DNA of 64,000 nucleotides from Octopus vulgaris (Eukaryota): NCBI GenBank assembly GCA_951406725.2, contig OX597822.1, positions 60,574,001 to 60,638,000 of the forward strand, read 5' to 3'. Shown piece by piece: positions 28,603 to 41,499 of this stretch (position 1 is its first letter; each line of letters starts with the position of its first letter). The notes under the pieces were generated by a model. It saw only the letters and a program-made list of their open reading frames with translations, ran no database searches and was not told where the DNA came from. The position numbers and the translations under genes were made by a program.

Positions 28603-29760
28603 CATATTATATATACATATGTGACAAAACCTACATAAACTAAGAACCCCTAAACAAATATCATCTTTACCAATATTAGAATCCTAATGCAGGACAATTT
28701 AGAACCACGTGAACATAAGGTACATAGCATACACACACACACACACTATACACTCACACACACATTCACGTACACACACACACACACACACGCACATGCA
28801 CATACACACACGCATATGCACACACATTCCGCATTTCCTCACATGCACACACACTCACAATAGTTACCATACTGAGTAAAGATGTTAATGGTTGTGATAG
28901 TGAAAGTAGAACAAGGAAGCAGGAGTGGGAGTGAATGGGAAAGTAAAAGAGTAGGAGGAAGAGAAGGATGTTAAATACTTTCTTGAATGAAGGATAGAAT
29001 GAAAAAAGAGGGAAAGAGAGAAAAAGATGGAGCGCGATTTAAAGTGAGAGAGGGAGAAGGAAGCCAGGTAAATAGGAAATGGTGGCAGTAAAAGAGTTTG
29101 GGAGAATGGGAGTAAGAGCTAAATGTAAAGAGAGACAAACAGAGAGAAATATACACGCATTGCGAGAGAACGATATGGAGTGACAGTGAGAGGAAGAGTG
29201 ATAGAGGGGGAGAGTGAAATAGTGAGTGAGTGAGTGAGTGAGAAGAAAAAGAGGAAGAGACAAAAAGTTTATATAGATTGAGGTATGAGGAATTAGAGAT
29301 GAAAAGACAAATAGAAATACAGTGAGTCAGAAAGACAGGAACAGAGATAGAGAGAAAGATGAAAAGGAAGAGGGTGGCCAGAGGGTGAGTTAGAGAGAAA
29401 GAATGATGGGAAGAAATGAAAAGATAGATTAAATGGTGTAGCAGAGCCAGATACATACACACGCATATACAAAATGAATCCCTTACAATACACACGCAAT
29501 GGCGCATCTCAAACACAAACGCGCACACACAGGATGGACTCTCTCTCTCTCTCTCTCTCTCCCTCTCTCTCTCTCTTACATAATGAAGCCTCGTGCACAT
29601 AGAGGAAGAGGCTTCACACACACACATACTCAACTATCTCTCCATCGCTACTATTTCCCACACTGTTTCATTTTTGCATCCAAACCCTAACATAACACGA
29701 GCGAGTGCTGAGATTGTCACCGGCACCAACACCACCACCACCTCCACCACCACCACCACC

Positions 29761-29791
<31 letters not shown>

Positions 29792-31050
29792 ATACTAATA
29801 CTAATATAATAGTAGTAGTATTATCAGCATCATCAGCACCACCTTAATATTGCATTTGTTCCTCAACATAGGAATTGTTCTCCTATATTCTATCACAGTG
29901 AGTATTCTTGTTATTATTGTTATTATTCCTCTGGCTCGCGCCGAGATCAACTTTGCCTTTCATTTTATTGTGATCTATATTATAAAGTACCAGTAAAGTT
30001 CTGGGATCAATGTAATTGGCCCCAGTATTTGACTGGTACTTTAAAGTACAAATTTATGATTGTGTACCTATGTTAGGAAGTATCATTTCCTTTGGTATTG
30101 GAAAAAAAAAAGAATTAAAATATGACCACGTCCAACAAAAAATATCTTTACGTATTTAGTTTCGGTCTTTTACGTTCTGGGTTCATATTTCTGGTAATGA
30201 TAAAGGAAAAAGTACCAGTTGTATATCGTTGGGATTGATTAAATAGAAACCATCTCTGTACTGAATCGACCAAATAAACACGAGTGAGATCGCTCTCACG
30301 CTCTCAAATGTTTACGTTTGGGCCAATATCAAAAATCATTGTTCGACTTACAAATTTTTACTACTTGACAAATAAAAAAAAACATCCGCCCAAACCCTGT
30401 TTGTTTATATATTCGTGTTCTGCTTTTCCTCTATTTCCACGCCTAGTCCTTACCCTTCAATTATTGTCCCGTCCTCATAGATCTTTTTATATATATATTT
30501 TTAGCTGCCACTGCTGCTGCTCCAAATTTCTATCCCTATTTGAAATGATGCTCCTCTCCCTATCTAATCTCACTACGAGACGGTAACCTGTTGCGTTTCC
30601 GACCTTTACTTCACCCTTTACATTTTTCACACTTTTGATTAATCGTGTCAGCATTAACTGTACCCTTAGTACATTACCATCTTCTTTTAGTTACACCTTT
30701 GCTTTAAAATCATGTCCAACACCTATGTTTATTTTTTAACTCGTGTCATTATCGTTCAATCCTATTCGCTATGGTCGATCCTGTTCGAACAGAACTATGA
30801 TCACAGGCTTTACACCTGTGACCATGTCGTCGTTTTACAACTGCGTTGGGGTATATTATCCAATGCATCCTTCTCGTGTTTGATACGTAAGGTGTTGAGG
30901 GAAATTTGGCAGCTTTTTCTAGTTAGTCAAGCGCGCATTTATTGACGCGTTACGCTTCACGTAATCTTTCACGATAATTCTGAAGTCTATTTTGATTCAA
31001 ACTCTATATTTCACACACATATATCACTTCGATTAGTATCCCCATAATCC

Positions 31051-31293
31051 GACCAGGCTATCAGATGTTGCTATACATCGCTGGTTACAATGTGTTTCGC
31101 ATTGTTTTAGCCTTCAAATGACGCCACCCCGCTAGCTAAGCGAGCAGGCCAACAGAAGAAAGAGTGAGAGAAAGTTGTGGCGAAAGAGTACAGCAGGGAT
31201 CGCCACCACCCGCTGCCGGAGCCTCGTGGAGCTTTTAGGTGTTTTCGTTCAATAAACACTCACAACGCCCGGTCTGGGAATCGAAACCGCGAT
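31051..31293 (-). mobile_element. 5'-truncated tRNA-derived SINE (family D)
   Basis: B-box-like ggtttcgattccc on minus; 9-bp TSD ccataatcc (31042-31050 and 31294-31302). Confidence 0.7.
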
Positions 31294-31465
31294 CCATAAT
31301 CCTCTTATAATCATTGTTAAATTACTTTGTATACTCTAATAGTCTATTTTAAATTTAGCCTCATTACTACATTTCTACCAATTTCTTTTGATTTAACTCT
31401 TTGTCTATCACCCTTATCTCACATGTTTTAAATATATTATGCTCTGTTGTTTACACAAACAACAT

Positions 31466-31688
31466 CGAGCTCGCAGAAACATTAACGCGTTAGGCAATAA
31501 ACTTAATGGTATTTCTTCCAGTTCTTTTAAGTTCTGAGCTTAAATCAAGCCAAACATTATTTTGCCTTTCATCCTTTCGGGGTCGGAAAAATAACGCCTC
31601 AGTCAACTACTGAGTCTATGGTATCGAGTTATGGTATCGAGTTATCCCCTCCCGCTAAAATCAATGACCGCATGCCAAAATTTGAAAC
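31466..31688 (+). mobile_element. Old SINE family A copy
   Basis: tttgcctttcatcctttcggggtcg core. Confidence 0.65.
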
Positions 31689-32265
31689 AATCATTATCAT
31701 TAATGACAATAATTTAATTTTAAAACGTAAAGTGCTAACATAGGAATTAAAGATAATTGTCTTGAGATCTATTTATTTCGTACAATAGACACAAAACTGC
31801 ACTCAAAAATATCAAGAGCTACTTGGTAGTATTAAACTGGGTAACAACGTAAAGTCCAACGGATGAGCTTCCGCACAGTTTCATCAACTAAATTTCACTT
31901 ACAATGCTTGGGATAACTCGTGAAAGGTGACTCGTCCAAAATGCAGTATGGTGGAATCTAACCCTAACCCTGACCGAATCTGTATGACTGTGAAGAGAAC
32001 TTCATAACCATACGTTTGCGAAGTAGCTTTTGTAGATTAATGGTATTAATACGGTGAACTGGCCACCGAGTGGTTAAAGCCTTTGGTGTTCACTCCGACT
32101 GTCTACGTTTTCAGTTTTGATCCTGCCGATGGTGACTACTTGTCTTTACCTATTGCAATTAATAAAGTACTAGTTCTGTACTAAAGTACCGAAGTCGATT
32201 TTTCTCTATCTTTCTTTCGGACTGTCGCTCCCTCCCTACCTCCCTCCTTCTCTCTCTCTCTCTCT

Positions 32266-32340
<75 letters not shown>

Positions 32341-32507
32341 AGATATCCGCTGTTGTGAGACCTGGAGAGGGATGGTCTCCTTCATCTCTAAAAGTACCCA
32401 AGACACGTCATAGGTCACAACTACGTATAGACTGGTATCCGTTTATATTTTATCTGATATACATACATATATATATGTATATATATATGTGCGTGTGTGT
32501 GTGTATG

Positions 32508-32581
<74 letters not shown>

Positions 32582-32582
32582 C

Positions 32583-32640
<58 letters not shown>

Positions 32641-32885
32641 TATGTATTTATATCAGATAAAATATAAACAGATATCAGTCTACACGTATACACACCAGAT
32701 AAAATATATACCTTAATAATAAGAATTCCTTAAGAATCAAAACAAATGTTGGTGATGTCCAGGTCTTAACTGTTGAAAATTTTGCCTTATGAAGATATGT
32801 TATATATTATGAGGTAATGTTTTAGGACCACATTAAATGAATTCTATCGAAATAGTTTCTGAATATTTTAAACGCCATTAACGTT

Positions 32886-32967
<82 letters not shown>

Positions 32968-32987
32968 GTTTACTATATATATACGTT

Positions 32988-33024
<37 letters not shown>

Positions 33025-34010
33025 GTAAACGTATATATATATATGTATGTATGTATGTATGTATACATATCTCTTATTATAAAAGGCAGATTTTATTTGC
33101 CTCCCTTTGTCAGTTATAGAAATCTACAATATAGGATTTCTTCAATTACAATTTACTTAGCATTTTTAAGAGTAGAATGCATCGGGTTTTACCAGGTCCA
33201 CTTTTTAAAATTTAAACTCCAATTAAGCAAAATTTACAGAAATCTCACATTCTGGTGTGTATGTCAAATGCTTTTCTTAATGTGGTTTACACCACACGCA
33301 CACGCACACACACAGTGTGCAACGAATAAAATGAAAGTAATTCACCTTTTGTAGTGAGTGACTCTTTCAGTCTGCCACTTCCTCTTTACACACATAGACA
33401 CGCAAATATATAAATAAAATTGTAAGCTAACGTGCGTGTGTGTAAGTGTGTGTGTGCGTGTGTGTGTGAGGGTGCGTGTGTGTGTGTGTGTGTGTGCGTG
33501 CGTGTGCGTGAGTGTGTGACAGGAAAGTTTTTTAGGACGAATATAAGACCTATATCGGCGATGTTTCGCTTGTCGTAGCACAGGTTTCCGTCGATTTTCG
33601 TAAAAAACTTTTATTTTTTTACATAAGTAATGAGAGCGAAAGAGACTAAGAGAAAGCGATTGTATGACGAGGGAAGTTCTTTTGAAGTTACCGTGCATGG
33701 GACGCATTGATGTACATGTGTGTGTGTGTTTGATGGAGTGTGGGAGACAGACAGTATGTTGTGTAAGTGAAGTGCTTCTGTTAGTGTGTGTGAAGAGACA
33801 GAGAGAGTAATGTGTGAAAGAGAGAGATAACTGAAATTTTTTACTCGGTTTATGTGTATATGTATGTATGCATGTATGTGTGTGTATGTATGTGTGTGTG
33901 TATGTATGTATGTATGTATGGCCGATTCAGTGTTTACATTTTTTACGGAAATCGACGGAAACGTGTGCTACGACAAGCGAAACATCGCCCCTATATTCAA
34001 GTAGCAGAAA

Positions 34011-34476
34011 GATCGCCCAAAAGTGTATATAGATATTTAAATGTATTTATATATTAATCTATACACAGATGTATGTATAATGTGTGTGTATATATTTCCA
34101 TACACGTAACCATTCACTCCGCACAAAGTTTTTTAGGACGAAAATAAGATCTAAAGTTATCTCTAAGTAGCACAGAGATCGCCCAAAAGTGTATATAGAT
34201 ATATAAATGTATTTATATATTCATCTATGCACACATGTATGTATAATGTGTGTGTATATATTTCCATAGAGGTAACCATTCACTCCATATAAAGTTTTTT
34301 AGCACGAAAATAAGATCTAAAGTTATCTCTAAAAAACAGAAAGATCGCCCAAAAGTGTATATAGATATTTAAATGTATTTATATATTCATCTATACACAC
34401 ATGTATGTATAATGTGCGTGTATATATTTCCATAGAGGTAACCATTCAATCCATACGAAGTTTTTTAGGACGAAAA
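34011..34476 (+). repeat. Tandem repeat, ~165-bp unit, about 3 copies
   Basis: agatcgcccaaaagtgtatatagat recurs at ~34011, ~34176 and ~34342. Confidence 0.92.
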
Positions 34477-34725
34477 TATTTATATATAAAAGAAAGGTTG
34501 TGTGTCTGTCTACTCCGATTTAGATTCCTAACTACTCCCACATTTTGCGATGCAGTTTAACCAAAACCGGGTATCTTATAGTCGTGATTCATATCGAGCC
34601 CTTCTGGGTATTAGCGCACGTCTACGATGAGTCTATGATTTTACAAATAATTTACCATCATTTTTTTCCATTTTAATGCATATTTTTTAAAATAAACGGA
34701 AGTAACTCTCAAACTTCACACCAAT

Positions 34726-35235
34726 ATGCGTGCTCATATGCGACGTAATATCACATCAACAGCATTTCCTCACACCCTCCTTGCACTTGGCGAAGGCAAA
34801 ATGCCAGGGGATGAAAATGGTAATATTGCCATCGATTCCATTTGTACCATTGTTAAGACGCCTTCTGATCTCAGAGATGCAGTGTTCCCAGATCTACAAG
34901 CTAATTATCAGAATATGGATTGGATTGGCAAAAAGGCTATACTGGCCCCGAGGAATAAAACTGTTCACCATATTAATGATGAAATGCTAAAACTCATTCC
35001 TGGGGAAGTCTATGTATATCAGTCTATCGATACAACTCCTGACCCAGAGGACGTCATCAACTATCCAATAGAGGTACTCAATTCCTTTGAGCACCCCGGA
35101 CTACCACCACACTTTCTCAAACTTAAAGTTGGTGCCCCTATAATGCTCATCAGAAATTTGGTTCCCCCAAAACAATGCAATGGCACACGTTTGATCGTTA
35201 AGTCCTTATCTCCCACCGTAAGCTTATATCAATAG
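34726..35235 (+). pseudogene. Helitron Rep/Hel PIF1-like helicase fragment
   Basis: KAILAPRN..IN, LNSFEHPGLPPHFLKLKVGAPIMLIRNL..CNGTRLIV. Confidence 0.9.
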
Positions 35236-35404
35236 TTGCCTGAATAATCATCATAATTCAGTGCAATCATTAACAGTACTTTCAAGCAATTCAGCCCCGA
35301 GCAACGCCGGGCAATTCTGCTAGTATATTTTAAAACAGTTTGATTTGGCCCCATGCAATAGGCTCCTCACAGGAACGTAGCTCGTCGGGATCAGGCGGCC
35401 AAAG

Positions 35405-35435
<31 letters not shown>

Positions 35436-35640
35436 TGTATGTATGTATGTATGCATGCATGTATGTATGTATGCGTGTATGTATGTATGTATGTATGTAT
35501 GTATGTATGTATGTATGTATGTATATATGTATGTATGTGTGTGTGTGAATGTATGTATGTATGTACGTGTATGTATGTACGTGTATGTGTGTGTGTATGT
35601 ATGTATGTACGTGTATGTGTGTGTGTGTGCGTGTGTATTA

Positions 35641-37412
35641 GGATGGAGCGAAAAGTATACTTTTTACACAGATTTTCGAAATGTTTTCAAGACTATATTT
35701 TTCTATTGCGAAATCCTTTAAAACAATTGTGTTAAAATCTGAAGTTCTTAAATTTACAACTTCAGGCTCCGCAGCCTACTTGAAATTTTGAATAATCAGT
35801 TCATAACACGTTTGAAAATCAATTTATAACACGTTTGTTGTTCCTCATTTTTATTTTTTATACATTCATTATTACGTACCTAATTTCTTTTGCAAAATCT
35901 CTTACAAACTAATGTGTTAAAATTTCACACTCTAAAGTGTATATCTTCAGACTCAGCAATGCACTTGAAATGTCGAAATTATGTGAAATAAATAGACTTA
36001 TCGACTTGGTTTTCTTTACTACGAAATGTTTTTCCCATTTGTTCACTTATGAAAGTTGTGTCCCTCTTCCGTCAAAATACGCGGCAAACAATGGTTTATG
36101 TGGCCTACCTTCCTGCTGCAGGGATTTACATTACCTGGATCGTTCCCACCTTACTTTCGATCTGTCCATAACAAAAGAACATTCTGTTAACATGCCGTTA
36201 AGTCGCTGTTGACCGAACTTGTAAGAAGAGCAGCAGTATGGTCTGACACACCGGTGCGGTCACCTGCAGAATTCTGGGAATTTCATTCGTTTTACTGGTG
36301 TTTTTGAACTTACGTTTTTGCTGACGTCTTTTCGTTTCGTGGCAAATGGAATTGAAAAATCTTCATCTTTGCCTGCTGATCCATTTCCAGATTCACTCCT
36401 TGATAAAATCGCTATCAATTCAGAATCCTTTGCTGATGTAGAAGGGCGACTGTGATCTGGCCGATTCTTTCTGATCAACCTCTCAACACTCTGTTTAGAT
36501 ACCGCTTGATCTATTCCGTCAATGATTATTTTTCGATTTGTCCGTTGATCCTGTAAAAAATCTTATTCTCTCTGTGGTACTTTTTTGTCTCTCCTACAAC
36601 TGCAGTTTTTAAAGGAGCTGCATTTGCAACGTGAAATGTCAAATAAATCTTTTGTTGCATGGTTTTGAAACACATTACACTTTGTTTGAAATGGCACATT
36701 TTTTTTCTAGTTTTCACAGATTTTAGTAATACTTAGTACTTTCGATAAAAGTTTAAGATTTTTCGGTTTAACTGACTCAATCGTAACACAAGGAATGGAT
36801 GCCTTTTGCCAAAGAAGAATTGTCTTTTCTGCTACAATCTTGGCGATTTGTTTTCTTTTTGTCGGTCAAATAAAACACATTTTGGTACGTCCTTGTAAGT
36901 TGGCAAAACTCGCTCGCTAAGATCACATGGAGTACCAAATATTTAGCATTCATTATTTCACACATTATTAGCACTAAATTTAACACGATCATGAATTTTA
37001 ATACAGTCAAGGTACAAAGTAGAAAACTTCAAACACGTACGACGTACGTCCTCACGCAACGACCGTTGCAGCAGCCCTGGAGAGAAGTTCACACTCCCGT
37101 TCTCTTTGTAGTCAATACAGAACCTCAAGATATGAGCCAAATGTATTACAACTTAGTATGTAACCTCTTAAGGATACTATATTTACTGTTTTGCATTCTG
37201 CTATGTAGAAATTTGTATTCGTTACGACTTACACTCCATGAAATTCAAAATTCTACCAAAAATAGCGACTTTTAAAAATTCTAATTGCTTTGCGGAGTCT
37301 GAAAAAATATCTAACTGCAAAGTTCTTTACACACATTTCTTTTTACCTTAATTTGCAACAAAATATTGATTCTTGGTTACCAATTTCGAAAGTTGCCTTT
37401 TTCGCTCCACCC
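35641..37412 (-). mobile_element. TIR DNA transposon relic (superfamily uncertain, possibly Sola-like)
   Basis: TIRs ggatggagcgaaaa / ttttcgctccaccc; broken minus-strand protein fragments (DRTGVSDHTAALL, VMDRSKVRWER). Confidence 0.6.
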
Positions 37413-38283
37413 TATATATATAATACATTAGTGAGATCCGCCACTGTCGTAGTACAGTCAAGGGCTATACAGATAACACAAAGTAGGTGATCGATAAAGT
37501 TTATTAATCAATATATCCAACAGACATTGTTCCATATTGAACTGGATAGAAAATTCGACGATGACCGCCACTATACAACTTCAGTATATAGCAACAAAGT
37601 TGCTAATTATACGATAATAAATCTGTTGGGGAAGGCAATAGTATAGGTAATAATGCACTAGACATTATTTCAAAAGACTCACCGAACGAATATTGCGTAA
37701 CATTAAGGTAATACCTTATTGCACTACGCAATGAACTTGTAAGCGCTGGATCAAAGGAATACTGAATACTTGTGTAGCGCCTTAAAGCTTCATAACATTC
37801 TCACAGTGAGTTGTTTGATACATATATAGTCTCCATATATATACGACAGGATTCTGTTTTCATGTACCAAAATCACTCAAAAATTTTCTATCTGTTCGAG
37901 GCTATTGTAGAAGACGCTGAGCTGTCATGCAATGGATCTGAACCGTAAACCAACCCATGTTGGTAAAGAAACTTCTTACCATACATCCATGCCGGCGACT
38001 TATTTTTCTAACATCTAAAGTACTAAATATTGAACGATATATTAACCAGATCGTCATGACTGCTTTCCCTTATTTTCTAAAATAGCGGGTTACACATTCA
38101 AACTTAACGAATTGGGCCGTCATAGAAAATTCTAGAACCAATTTTTATATTTACAAATTGTGTGGGCATGCAAATAAAGCTCCTATTTCATTATGCCAGC
38201 TATCATCTGATGATGTTGACTAGTTACTCAGTTTTTCGTGGTTGCATCATGGTTATACCGATATAATGTAAGATAAATATAAT

Positions 38284-38772
38284 AATAACAATAATTCTAG
38301 GATGGAATTTATAGATATTTAATGCATCGCTACGCGCGTTTATCACATGACTTTAGCATCAGAGTTCGTACCCTTGAGATGATTACAGTATAGTCTGTAG
38401 TATCCGTGAGCATCCGGTTGATCATCATCATTGATTCATTTCATCAGGTGATAGTGCATTAGTAGATCAATCACAGAGGGATGTTTATCCCTTCTTGTCA
38501 ATGTGATGGCCAATCTAGCTATAAACATCCGTGATTCATCCACTAATGCAGTATCACCTGGTGAAATAAATCAATGATGATGATCAACCGGATGCCCATG
38601 GACGCTCGGGACTATGCTGTAATCATATCAAGGATACGGACTCTGATATTAAAGTCATGTGATTTGTGGAAACGCGCGTTAAATATTAATTATTTATAAA
38701 TTAAATATTTATAAATTCTATACTAAATATGCATTAAATATTTATAAATTCTATCCTAGAATTATTGTTGTT
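38284..38772. repeat. Diverged long inverted repeat (~200-bp arms)
   Basis: aataacaataattctagga..catccggttgatcatcatcattgatt versus its reverse complement; many transition differences. Confidence 0.9.
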
Positions 38773-38792
38773 ATGTGTGTGGGTGTGTGTGT

Positions 38793-38877
<85 letters not shown>

Positions 38878-38878
<1 letters not shown>

Positions 38879-39655
38879 TTAGCAGCTGTCCTAAAATGTC
38901 GTCACGGTACTACCTCCCTACGTGGCACGATGTTGTTGTTAAAAAAATTTACAATGCCATCCGTAAAAAAAGACTCTCCTGAAATAAACTTAGAAAATCC
39001 CTGTTATGGAAGACATTCATAAACACCAACTCAAGGAAAACTGATGGAATATTCCCATCAAAACTTCTGTCAAAAGTAAATATAACAGGCTGGATATTGT
39101 TATTAGGGACAGAGATGCAAAGGTGTGTACCATCTTAGAAGACAGCTACCCTGCAGATATAAATATCTCTTTGAAAATCAAAGAAAAAGAGGATATCTAT
39201 AGACAACTGCTTCGAAACCTCCAGCTTCTATATCCAGACGATGAATTCATATTCATACCAATAATAATTGGTTTTGTTAGTAAATGCTTAAAGGAGAATC
39301 TGGATAAACTGGTATTTTCAGAAAGAGAAATCGACGGGCTAATTCGCACATTACAAATGCAATCTGTGAGTGGAACAGTAAAAATATGCAAGGCTTTTCT
39401 CGAGATCCAAATGTGAATTTGTCTGTGTTAACTACATCCGAAAGATGGAGCCTTGTATCTTTGTTGGAAACCGGCACCCTCCTTAGTGGAAGATTTATAC
39501 TCATTAAAAAAATAGAAAAGACATACATACATACAAAAATACCTTGTTATTGAAGTTGAAATTCCAATAAAGGAGCCTTGGATCTAGGTTAGAAACTGGC
39601 TCTTTCTCTATTGGCAAGAAATCTTGAAATAAACCCGAACAATGACATACATACA
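38878..39655 (+). mobile_element. R4/NeSL-type non-LTR retrotransposon 3' fragment (RLE domain plus 3' UTR)
   Basis: ISSCPKM..YLPTWHDVV, NRLDIVIRD, YPADINISLKIKEKEDIY and FIPIIIG; ends in ACAT repeats. Confidence 0.75.
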
Positions 39656-39863
39656 TTATATATGTGTGTGTATGCATATGTGTTGGTACACTCATCAGAT
39701 CCACGCATGCACTCACATACGCACACACATTGGTGTGTGTATATGTGAGTGCGTGCGTATGAATGTGTGCGTGTGTGCGATGTGTGTGTATGTGTGCGCG
39801 CGCGCTTTCAAACATATTTCTGTTTTTGTTTTTATATTCAGAGAGTTAAGAGAAGCAAGAAAC

Positions 39864-39929
39864 ATGAAGTCTTGGAGAATATTATGTTTCGTTATATTGT
39901 TGATCACGATGACTGCAGCAGATGATCAG
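39864..39929 (+). CDS. Gene 2 first coding exon: signal peptide MKSWRILCFVILLITMTAADDQ (exon starts at 39842)
   Basis: Acceptor ttttatattcag at 39841; ATG at 39864; basic n-region, hydrophobic core, TAA|DDQ-type cleavage site; strong donor CAG|GTAAGT at 39929/39930, phase 0. Confidence 0.75.
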
Positions 39930-39987
39930 GTAAGTGTCTGGTGACTCCTCCTTGCACTGTTATTATCACATTCACTAGTAACATCAC

Positions 39988-40032
<45 letters not shown>

Positions 40033-40034
<2 letters not shown>

Positions 40035-40423
40035 CTCTTTACTCTTTTACTCTTTTACTTGTTTCAGTCATTTGACTGCGGCCATGCTGGAGCACCGCCT
40101 TTAGTCGAGCAAATCGACCCAGGGACTTATTCTTTGTAAGCCCAGTACTTATTCTATCGGTCTCTTTTTTCCGAACCGCTAAGTAACGGGGACGTAAACA
40201 CACCAGCATCGGTTGTCAAGCAATGCTGGGGGGACAAACACACACACATACATACATATATACGACAGGCTTCTTTTAGTTTCCGTCTACCAAATCCACT
40301 CACAAAGCATTGGTCGGCCCGAGGCTATAGCAGAAGACACTTGCCCAAGATGCCACGCAGTGAGACTGAACCCGGAACCATGTGGTTGGTTAGCAATCTA
40401 CTTACCACACAGCCACTCCTGCG

Positions 40424-40425
<2 letters not shown>
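40033..40425 (-). mobile_element. SINE family B copy (in the first coding intron of gene 2)
   Basis: Full-length reverse complement, flanked by (TA)n. Confidence 0.9.
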
Positions 40426-40506
<81 letters not shown>

Positions 40507-41015
40507 TGTTACTTGTATCTAACTATTAGCTATTTTATAACGTCTCGTCGATCCTTACCAAATGTACCGATGAATAATACGATTAATATACATATAATAA
40601 ATCCGATCACATAAAAATGAATGATGATACGATAGCAATATCCATAAGGTTGGTTTTTGCATAAGACGGAGACAATCATGAAGCTTAAACATATAAGACA
40701 AACGTCAAACATATGAGTATTATATAAGGTGAAAACAGGTATACAATGAACATATAATTATTCCAAAACACGTTGTTATAATCAAAGTATTTCAAAACAT
40801 ATTATTGTAAATTCCAGAATACATTATTACTTACAAATTTCACTTCACACGTAGATGGCTCAATGATTATCTCACATAAGAAGTGAAACCGGTATGTAAT
40901 AAAGCATTTTGTTTTATTAAATTACTATAGCAATGGAATTGTACACTTTCTTTCGTTATTTTTTCTGCATCTTATGACTTACGCGCGGTATTTTCAAATT
41001 TATGTATGTTAATGC

Positions 41016-41066
<51 letters not shown>

Positions 41067-41171
41067 TGCATGTATATGTATATATAGTATAGAAATATAC
41101 ATATGATACACACACATACATACATGCACATATATATATACATACATACATACATACATACATACATACAT

Positions 41172-41246
<75 letters not shown>

Positions 41247-41364
41247 AAGACTGCCAGACAATAAGACAAACCGATAAATGAATTGTGAAATGATGTGAAA
41301 TTCATAAATTCATATATCATTGGTGTTCATATTTCAAATGTCTACCTATTGCATATATTTACAG

Positions 41365-41499
41365 TTGCTGTGCTGTATGAAAGGTGTAAAAAGAATGAGA
41401 AAAGCTGTGTTCTGTTCTGAACCATGTTGTTCAGGCTACATTGAACGCGTTGAAAATCCTCCACTGCTGGGTCTTGTGGTCTTTTGTGAGAAGCTGGAG
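41365..41499 (+). CDS. Gene 2 exon: Cys-rich LLCCMKGVKRMRKAVFCSEPCCSGYIERVENPPLLGLVVFCEKLE
   Basis: tatttacag| acceptor and GAG|GTAAGA donor; 135 nt, phase 0-0, open, six Cys; in frame with the signal-peptide exon. Confidence 0.7.

Larger units (their letters stand above)
33070..35323 (+). mobile_element. Composite Helitron: 5' TC end at 33070, a second 5'-like end near 34479, a PIF1 helicase fragment, and a 3' hairpin plus CTAG
   Basis: A|TC start; ends cccgagcaacgccggg..CTAG|T at 35323; contains ~165-bp tandem repeats. Confidence 0.75.

Noticed and set aside
34011-34476. Regularly spaced repeats (CRISPR-like?)
   Set aside because: Whole units are repeated with no unique spacers; eukaryotic context and no cas genes.
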